Below, piece after piece: positions 1-6,779 of a stretch of DNA of 9,600 nucleotides (position 1 is its first letter; the number at the start of each line of letters is the position of its first letter). Source of the stretch: Octopus sinensis (Eukaryota); contig NW_021827885.1 of assembly GCF_006345805.1 (NCBI RefSeq), positions 1 through 9,600 of the forward strand, written 5' to 3'. Made by a program: the position numbers and the translations under genes. The notes below the pieces were generated by a model. It saw only the letters and a program-made list of their open reading frames with translations, searched no databases and was not told the origin of the DNA.

Positions 1-325
1 AAAGGTACGAAGCAAAGTATTCCAAAGGAATTTAAAGGCAACGTACTCTAAGGGTAGAGTAGGAAATCCATGAGTCAGGTACTCCAAATCAGTCGGAATG
101 GCGTGGTCGGTGCGTGTGAGTGTGTAGTAATTAGCCAATCAAATACACAAGCAATTCAAATAAACGAGGGAAATTAACGGACAAGAAGAGGACATGCAGA
201 AGAAGCATATTATCTTGACACTCGGTGAAAAGAGAGAGTTTGACGTTTCGAGCATACCTCTTCATCGGAAAGGAAAAAAGGTAAAGTCCAAAGAGGGAAA
301 GAAAATCGAGAACGGCTGGTGTTAC
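1..325 (-). mobile_element. Penelope-like (PLE) pLTR / retrozyme-type element fragment, running off the left window edge
   Basis: Homologous to 9250-9508 (shared GAGGACATGCA, CTCGGT, TTGACGTTTCGAGCAT, CTCTTC(A/G)TCGGAA in the same order and spacing). Carries a hammerhead-like core on the minus strand and abuts a microsatellite at 326. The PLE assignment is inferred from the known association of hammerheads with PLE pLTRs. Confidence 0.55.
213..272 (-). ncRNA. Type I hammerhead ribozyme-like motif (U4C core variant)
   Basis: Minus strand reads CCGAUGA(268-262)-A-GAG-guaug-CUC-GAAA(249-246)-CGUC...GAGU-GUC(219-217)-AAG. Stem II is 3 bp, stem III is ACGU/GUGU, the GUC triplet is intact, and stem I is only ~3 bp (UUU/AAG). 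Activity is unproven. Confidence 0.55.
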
Positions 326-438
326 ATGTATGTATGTATGTATGTATGTATGTATGTATGTATGTATGTATGTATGTATGTCTGTATGTATATATGTATG
401 TATATATGCATGTCTGTCTGTCTGTATGTATGAATATA

Positions 439-474
<36 letters not shown>

Positions 475-484
475 TGTATGAATG

Positions 485-517
<33 letters not shown>

Positions 518-610
518 ATATGTATGTCTGTATGTATGTCTGTATGTATGTCTGTCTGTATGTATTATGTATGTATGTATATATGTATGTATGTATGAAT
601 GAATGTATGT
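326..610. repeat. (ATGT)n tetranucleotide microsatellite, interrupted
   Basis: Direct reading. It explains the 'MYVC' ORFs at 194-642. Confidence 0.97.
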
Positions 611-627
611 ATAAGCGTTGTGCTATT

Positions 628-763
628 GTGGCATTGTGTTAGGAGGATTGTATCCCAACCACATGGTTGTGTGTTCAGTCCTACGTCGTGGCACTTTGGG
701 GGTAAATGTTTTCTATTATAGCCCCGGGTCGATCAAAGCTTTCTGAGTAGATATGTTTGGCGG
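628..763 (+). mobile_element. tRNA-derived SINE family A, decayed 5' part
   Basis: Aligns by eye (~70%) to the reverse complement of 1300-1437: CCAACCACATGGTT..GTTCAGTCC..TGGCAC.TTGGG..TTCTA.TATAGCC.CGGG.CGA.CAAAGC. Confidence 0.8.
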
Positions 764-984
764 TTACATACATCATACGTTCCCGCACACACATATATAA
801 ATGGGAGATTCGAAAACATTTTACTTATCATTTATACACCATTACGCGTTTTCCATTTGCTACCAAGAGTTACAAAATTGTACGTATAGCATGTAATATG
901 TAAGATATTTCCTAGTGGAAATTCTTCAGACAGAGAATCAAATAATTGATATCACAGCTTGTATTATAATATCCTACTTACATA

Positions 985-1043
985 ATATACATACACGCAC
1001 ATATAAACACACACACATACAAACGCACGCATATATATATATA
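985..1043. repeat. Mixed (CA)n/(TA)n microsatellite
   Basis: Direct reading. Confidence 0.85.
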
Positions 1044-1445
1044 TTTTTGTACTTGTTTCAGTCATTTGACTGCGGCCATACAGGAGCACCGCCTTTAATC
1101 GAGCAACTCGACTCCGGGACTTACTCTTTGTAAGCCCAGTACTTATTCTATCGGTCCTTTTTGCCGAACTGCTAAGTGATGGGGACATAAACACACCAGC
1201 ATCGATTGTCAAGCAATGCTAGGGGGACAAACACAGACACACATACATACACGCACACACATATATATATATACATATATACGACGGGCTTCTTTCAGTT
1301 TCCGTCTACCAAATCCACTCACAAGGCTTTGGTCGGCCCGAGGCTATAGTAGAAGACACTCTCCCAAGGTGCCATGCAGTGGGACTGAACCCGGAACGAT
1401 GTGGCTGGTAAACAAGCTACTTACCACACAGCCACTCCTGCGCCT
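1044..1445 (-). mobile_element. tRNA-derived SINE family A, near full length (~400 bp) with internal microsatellite
   Basis: Minus strand begins AGGCGCAGGAGTGGCTGTGTGGT (A-box-like), then GGTTCAGTCC (B-box-like) and TGGCACCTTGGG (resembles the CORE-SINE domain). An internal (TA)/(TG) tract lies at ~1240-1282. The 3' part has hairpins at 1098-1112 and 1059-1072 (CAGTCA-TT-TGACTG) and an A-rich end. Confidence 0.85.
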
Positions 1446-1598
1446 ATATGTATATATATATATATATATGAACACACACACACATGCATATATATGTATG
1501 TGTGTGTGTATCTATATATCTTTACTTGACATATAAATGTGTGTGTGCATGTGTGTGTACGTATGTATGTATGTATGTATGTATCTATGTATATATGC
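1446..1598. repeat. Compound (TA)n/(CA)n/(TG)n/(ATGT)n microsatellite
   Basis: Direct reading. Confidence 0.9.
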
Positions 1599-1790
1599 AT
1601 GACAAGCTATGTGGATGAAGATCTGTTTATTCCAAGATGCTCTGTCCCCATGGCTGACAGTTAATACGAGGGATATATATTCACTTCTTCTCAAAAGTTG
1701 GCAGGTTTACAAGTTTTTATTTGGAAGTAAGGAATTAGGATAAAAGTGCAAAGAACAAACCTTGTATGTGTGTACGATTATGTTGACCAA

Positions 1791-1920
1791 CTGGCTGAAT
1801 TATTTGAGTTGCAGGAAAAAGAAATGTCTAGCAATGTTATTTCAGGTTCTCTGTCCTTCGACGTTCAAATGCCACCCAGTTCGAATTTGGCTTTTGTTTT
1901 CTTTTCTATGTCGATTTAAA
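1791..1920 (+). mobile_element. Heavily decayed SINE family B copy
   Basis: CTGGCTGAAT...AAATGTCTAGC...GTTCAAATGCCAC...TCGAATTTGGCTTT...GTCGAT matches the order of motifs in 3300-3470 (CTGGTAGAAT...AAATGCTTAGC...GTTCAAATTCCAC...TCGAC). Confidence 0.45.
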
Positions 1921-1959
1921 CAAATTTAATAAATGTATCGATCTAAATAATTAGGGGTA

Positions 1960-2134
1960 GGTGTGTGTGTGGTATGTACGTGTGTATAAGTATGTGCGTG
2001 TGTTCGTGTTTGGGGGTGTGGATGTGTGGGGTGTGGACGTTGTGTGTTGCGTGTCTGCATGTTGTGTGTGTGTTGTGTGTGTGTGTGTGTGTGTGCGCGG
2101 GCGTGTGTATGTGTGTGTGTGTGTGCGTGTGTGT
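1960..2134. repeat. Degenerate (TG)n microsatellite
   Basis: Direct reading. The right half is purer, and the left half contains short G-runs. Confidence 0.9.
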
Positions 2135-2232
2135 TTAATAGTACTTGCATATTCATAGGTGCGCCGTCGGGAAGACCATTGTTTAAAGAAATGTTCAATA
2201 CCTATTTCTACAGAATCAAGTCAATTCTACAT

Positions 2233-2280
2233 CAACAACAGCAAGAGCAACAACAACAGCAACAACAACAGCAACAACAG
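2233..2280. repeat. (CAA/CAG)n trinucleotide repeat, 16 units
   Basis: CAACAACAGCAAGAGCAACAACAACAGCAACAACAACAGCAACAACAG. Confidence 0.95.
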
Positions 2281-2320
2281 CCTCTATATCAAACCCTCTA
2301 TACAGTAACATAACACTGAT

Positions 2321-2740
2321 ATGACCCCCAATATATCACAACCTCCGCATCACTCATTTTTATCAAAATATCTCAGTCTCATAACTTATTAATGATTCAC
2401 GCGATAAAGTATCGACCTACACATTTTCCCGCCATAAAATGTCACAAACAATCCGTGATTTCCGCCAGAATTTATCCCACACTAAAGATGGCTGTAACAA
2501 AAAAAAAAAAAAAATACTACAGCTTACGCATATACCATACTATAAAAAAAAAACACAACCTACTCATATTTTCGCATCGTAATATATCACAGCCCATTCA
2601 TAATTTCCGGTAAAACGTACCACACCTTGTATATGATTCCCGCCAAAACAAAAATAAAATAGCTCGTTGTCTATAAACATGATTCTCGTCATGAAATATT
2701 CCAGCCTACGTATGATCCCACCATTGATGCTGCCTACTCG
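2321..2740. repeat. Cryptic degenerate 33-bp minisatellite (~11-12 units)
   Basis: Hand-derived consensus ATGATTCCCGCCATAAAATATCACAGCCTACGC. Unit starts and lengths: 2392 (31), 2423 (32), 2455 (33), 2488 (42), 2530 (36), 2566 (34), 2600 (33), 2633 (46), 2679 (33), 2712 (partial). Weaker units lie at 2321-2391. Confidence 0.7.
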
Positions 2741-2885
2741 TAGACCTCTCTTACAATGACACAACATGCGAATAACTCCCTCGAAGCTAATTAGACAACC
2801 TTTACATGACCTTTACATTGACCATCATATGTTCCATCTTAGTTTAGTTGTCATGAATATATTCGATATCAGAATAGACTATAAG

Positions 2886-3115
2886 ACGGTGAGGCGGCTG
2901 AATCGTTAGCACGCTGGGAGAAATGCTGAGCGGTATTTAGTCTGCCGTTACGTTCTGAGTTCAAATTCCGCCGAGGTCGACTTTGCCTTTCATCCTTTCG
3001 GGATCGATAAATTAAGTACCAGTTACGCACTGGGGTCGATGTAATCGACTTAATCCGTTTGCCTGTCCTTGTTTGTCCCCTCTGTGCTTAGCTCCTTGTG
3101 GGTAGTAAAGAAATA
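2886..3115 (+). mobile_element. tRNA-derived SINE family B, copy 1
   Basis: B-box GAGTTCAAATTCC at 2957-2969, hairpin GTCGAT-GTA-ATCGAC at 3035-3049, A-rich end AAAGAAATA. Homologous to 3116-3277, 3300-3500 and 4755-4962. Confidence 0.85.
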
Positions 3116-3277
3116 GGTATTTCGTCTGTCTTTACTTTCTGAGTTCAAATGCCGCCAAGGTTGACTTTGCGTTTCAACCTTCCGGGATCGATAAATTAAG
3201 TAATAGCTGAGCACTGGGATCGATATAATCGACTTAATCCCTCTCCCAAAATTTCTGGCCTTGTGACAAAATTTGAA
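3116..3277 (+). mobile_element. SINE family B, copy 2 (lacks 5' A-box region, fused to copy 1)
   Basis: Starts GGTATTTCGTCTG directly after the tail of copy 1. Its B-box (3141-3153) lies exactly 184 bp after that of copy 1. Confidence 0.85.
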
Positions 3278-3299
3278 GCGAATATCATGATAGAATGTA

Positions 3300-3500
3300 A
3301 GGCGTCGAGCTGGTAGAATCGTCAGCACGCCTGACAAATGCTTAGCGGCATTTCGTTCATCTTTACGTTCAGAGTTCAAATTCCACCGAGATCGACTATA
3401 TTTTCGATCTTTTAGAGTTAATAAATTAAGTACAATTTGAACACTGAGGTCGATGTATTCGACTCACCTCCTCTTCAAAATTGATAGCCAAAATTTGAAA
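3300..3500 (+). mobile_element. SINE family B, copy 3 (older, more diverged)
   Basis: AGGCGTCGAGCTGGTAGAATCG head, B-box at 3372-3384, ATAAATTAAGTAC, hairpin GTCGA-TGTAT-TCGAC, tail CAAAATTTGAAAC. Confidence 0.8.
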
Positions 3501-3824
3501 CCAAATTTGGAAGTCTATGTGCACAAATGTCGAGGTGATTGTTGAAAACAGATCGCTTGCGATGACTGTAATTAAAGCAGGTGCTAGTTTCCTTTGAGAG
3601 TGACAAACATGGAAGATCCTAGATGAACAGAATCTACCAGGAAACAAACTGAATCAGAGCATAAGAAGGGAGAACTCGAATAAGTTTACTGGACGTCATA
3701 TGATGAAGGTTTACCTTGAATACAGAAACTACAGTAACAACAGAAAAACTGAAAATTAAATCAAAAGAAGAAACAAAGACGGAGAGGGAAAGCGCTTGAT
3801 CCTTCTAGCTGATTACAGAAAGTC

Positions 3825-4011
3825 TACGCGGGCGTGCTGAAAAGCTCCTCGCTTTAGGGGTATTGCGAAAGGCCTTGTTGAAAGTCCAGCATTCCGAGTT
3901 CTTTTACAGGGCTGAGAAAAACTGCAGGACCGCTACAATAAAATCATAATTAAGTGATCCTCCTGTATTCTCTCTTACCCAAAGCCAAGAACTTTTCAGC
4001 ACCTCCTAGTA
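3825..4011. mobile_element. Tc1/mariner-type MITE, copy 1
   Basis: Terminal inverted repeats 3825-3855 (TACGCGGGCGTGCTGAAAAGCTCCTCGCTTT) and 3981-4011 (reverse complement TACTAGGAGGTGCTGAAAAGTTCTTGGCTTT) match at 24/31, counting the flanking TA dinucleotides. No ORF. Confidence 0.85.
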
Positions 4012-4041
4012 TATAAGTATATATACAGATGTGTGTATGTA

Positions 4042-4269
4042 TATGTGAGTGGGAGGGACTGAGAAGTTCCTAGCTTTAAGGGTTTCGCGAAAAGCCTGGC
4101 TGGAGGCCCAAAATTCCGAGTTCTTTTACAGATCTTATAAAAACTGAAGGACTGCTGCAATAAGTGTTTGAATCTGAGAGGGGAATATATTGAATAAAAT
4201 CACAATTCACTAATCCTCCTGTATTTTATTTTACCCAAAGCCAGGAACTTTTGAGCACCTTCTCTCATA
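4042..4269. mobile_element. Tc1/mariner-type MITE, copy 2 (same orientation as copy 1)
   Basis: Left ...GGGACTGAGAAGTTCCTAGCTTT and right AAAGCCAGGAACTTTTGAGCACC...CATA. The internal sequence is collinear with 3825-4011 (ATTCCGAGTTCTTTTACAG identical; ATCCTCCTGTATT; TTACCCAAAGCCA). Confidence 0.8.
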
Positions 4270-4611
4270 AGCGTCATGGTTCGCTACGTCCTTTGTGGGT
4301 GAGAACGTGATTAGATCCTGGATCGAAGATGTCTGCTGGGAGGGTACATTAAGAAGAATGGTTAATGGTAACACAACCACTCACAAATAAAACAATAATG
4401 AAAATAATTAATGTAGGATCACTCATATGTAATAGACTAATTTGAAAATTTGAAAACTTTCCATAATTTGCGAATGTTTCCGATCGATTAATAGACAATT
4501 ATGGTTTTGCTCTACTAATTGTTTGGTTAATCTCAGATAATTAAAAATTTTCAACTTTGTATATAATAATTATGCGAAACCTTACAGTGTTGGTAATTAG
4601 GTATATAATAC

Positions 4612-4645
4612 ATTTCCTTGGAGTATTTCCTTGGAGTATTTCCTT
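4612..4645. repeat. Perfect 13-bp tandem repeat, 2.6 copies (ATTTCCTTGGAGT)
   Basis: Units at 4612-4624, 4625-4637 and a partial at 4638-4645. Confidence 0.95.
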
Positions 4646-4754
4646 CTAAATGCTAATGTCAATATATGCACCTGAGGAACAAAGATATGTATCCTGAGAT
4701 ATACAGAAAAAAAAGCCTTGATGAGAACATGGTAAGTGCATAGTAACAAATCAG

Positions 4755-4962
4755 CTTTTTGACTATTGGCTCGAGGCCTGAAACTTGGAGGTAGGGGACT
4801 AGTCGCTTACATAGATCCCAGGGCTCAACTGGAAATTAATTTATCGATCTCGAAATTATGACAGGCAACATCGACTTAAGTGGAATTTGAACTCAGAACG
4901 AAATGAAGAACCAAATAATGCGAAGCATTTTCCCCAGGGTGTTAACGATTATGCCAATGCGA
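4755..4962 (-). mobile_element. SINE family B copy, minus strand
   Basis: Reverse complement reads TGGCATAATCGTTAACAC...CGTTCTGAGTTCAAATTCCAC (B-box at 4882-4894)...GATCGATAAATTAA...CTGGGATCTATGTAAGCGACTAGTCCCC. Confidence 0.8.
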
Positions 4963-4987
4963 CAAATAATTCTTGAAACAATGATAC

Positions 4988-5068
4988 AAATTTTGAGGGA
5001 AGGGGTATTTTTATTTCGTCCGTCCCGAAAGAATGAAAGGCGAAGTAGACTTCGGTGGAATTTGAACT
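4988..5068 (-). mobile_element. SINE family B internal fragment
   Basis: Reverse complement AGTTCAAATTCCACCGAAGTCTACTTCGCCTTTCATTCTTTCGGG matches 2958-3002, followed by a tail-like CCCCTTCCCTCAAAATTTG. Confidence 0.7.
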
Positions 5069-5184
5069 GTTACAGGATCGATTGGTTCTTAAGACGAATA
5101 TTGGAGGGTAACATGGTCAGACACAGCGTCTAATGAAGACGTGATGACCCAGGCTGTGGTAAATAGGAATATTTTGGACAGGTG

Positions 5185-5277
<93 letters not shown>

Positions 5278-5335
5278 TGATAGATAGCAGGAGAGAGAGA
5301 TAGAGAGAGAGAGAGAGAAACAGACAGACAGACAG
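5185..5335. repeat. Compound microsatellite (AT)n-(GATA)n-(GA)n-(GACA)n
   Basis: Direct reading; perfect (TAGA)14 at 5221-5276. Confidence 0.97.
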
Positions 5336-5567
5336 AGGAAGATTCAGTTGGGTACATAAAATGAGGTATGTTGTTTGGTCTGTATAACATGCACACCCAA
5401 CAGTATCCAGGGCATATCAAACTCAGTACATAAGTGATATTTTTGCAGTGCATGCAGATGATAAGACCCGGCTGAGTGATTAAAACCGCTTTTAGCAGTT
5501 CACACATGCATTCGCATTAAAAATACAGTCAATAATATTTACGAATGGCAGATTCCAGGACAGGAGT

Positions 5568-5822
5568 CTGACGAAAACGGTTTATTTACAATGACGTAAT
5601 GTTTTCATTAATGAAGTAAAGGAGTCGTTGGAAACGGCCGTAATGGATTAACATCTGAATCTCATTATTACTCACTTATATCATATGTGTGTGTGTAAGA
5701 AAGAGAGATGACGAAGAAATAAATGATTACATAATGGAACTCATATATCTTACGGCTGTTTCTGTTTCAGATGTACTGTACACGTAGTTCAGTGCCTAAA
5801 TAACACCTTATAGTTTCATCGG
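5568..5822. repeat. Imperfect inverted repeat (arms 5568-5679 and 5719-5822), each arm with hammerhead-like boxes
   Basis: Plus arm: CTGACGA..GGTTTATTTA..GAAACGGCCGTAA..ATCTGAATCTCATTATTACTCACTTAT. Minus arm: CCGATGA..GGTGTTATTTA..GAAACAGCCGTAA..ATATGAGTTCCATTATGTAATCATTTAT. The two middle blocks match 12/13 and the last blocks 21/28. Confidence 0.6.
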
Positions 5823-5924
5823 AGCCATAAATATCAAGTGCAATTTATGTGGTAAAAGAAATACATTTGTGCCTATAGAACGCCATAAACAATGAGAATG
5901 TCAATACAGATGTATATCACAAAA

Positions 5925-5983
5925 GTGCACATACACATATATGTATACGTATGTATATATACATGCATTTATATATATATACA

Positions 5984-6028
<45 letters not shown>

Positions 6029-6100
6029 TAGGTGTGTGTGTGTGTGTGGTGTGAGTGTGTGTGAGTTTTTCATATATATATATATGTATATATATACACG
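5925..6100. repeat. Compound (AT)n/(TG)n microsatellite
   Basis: Direct reading. Confidence 0.92.
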
Positions 6101-6282
6101 TGTATTCTAATAACTGGAAATGTATAGCTTTATGCTATATAGGTATGCGAGGGAGTTTTTCGATGCGTTGGTCCGAGTATTGTTGATTCTATTACTATTT
6201 TCATTGTTATTTTTAGTTGTTTGAACGAGGGCTTCAACACTTATCTCAGCAGGCCAGACACATTCCTGTCTCCCTATGATAT

Positions 6283-6485
6283 CTATACATAAACATACAT
6301 ACATACATATATACATTACATATATATATATATTAATATATATATATATATATATGTTGATATATATATACATATATATATATATATATTCATATAATAT
6401 ATACTATATATGCATATGCATATATATGTGTGTGTGTTTCAATGTATATGCATGCATATACATATATATATTCATATATACATAC
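6283..6485. repeat. Compound (ACAT)n/(AT)n microsatellite
   Basis: Direct reading. Confidence 0.92.
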
Positions 6486-6604
6486 TCACGTACAAGTGTG
6501 CGTATATTCCACTTTAAGAATGCTAGTTGCATTTGTGTAATTTTCCCCTTTGGCGCGTTGCCTGAGCTGTTAGTGATTAAGAATCTAAAGTATATTGGTG
6601 GGTG

Positions 6605-6635
6605 GGTGTATGTATATATATATATCTATATATAT

Positions 6636-6666
<31 letters not shown>

Positions 6667-6690
6667 CTGCATCAGTATGTGTGCCGTGTG
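6605..6690. repeat. (AT)n/(TG)n microsatellite
   Basis: Direct reading. Confidence 0.88.
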
Positions 6691-6779
6691 AATAGCTATT
6701 ACAGATAATTAGCTAACAAGCTAGTGTGTATGTAGATAAATATCTAATGAGCTACTTACACAGACTAACAGACAGAATG

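Noticed and set aside
800-860. Weak inverted similarity to 8755-8815 (AAATGGAAAA.CG.GTAA)
   Set aside because: The match is short and AT-rich. It may be an old repeat family but cannot be supported without a search.
1395-1445. tRNA gene at the SINE heads (also 2886-2970, 3300-3385)
   Set aside because: A/B-box-like motifs are present but no cloverleaf or acceptor stem, and the sequence continues into SINE body.
1665-1672. TACGAGGG, a mariner TIR-like start
   Set aside because: Only 8 bp, with no partner TIR or further similarity to the MITEs.
2321-2740. CRISPR-like array interpretation of the 33-bp periodicity
   Set aside because: The units are contiguous and degenerate with no unique spacers, the context is eukaryotic, and there are no cas genes.
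3700-3740. AUGAUGA-AGG-uuua-CCU...GAAAC-UACA-GUA hammerhead-like string on the plus strand
   Set aside because: C3 is missing, extra bases separate stem II from GAAA, and stem I cannot form. Probably chance.
4435-4600. AT-rich tract that looks like an interspersed repeat fragment
   Set aside because: No second copy or structural hallmark within the window; the impression rests on recall only.
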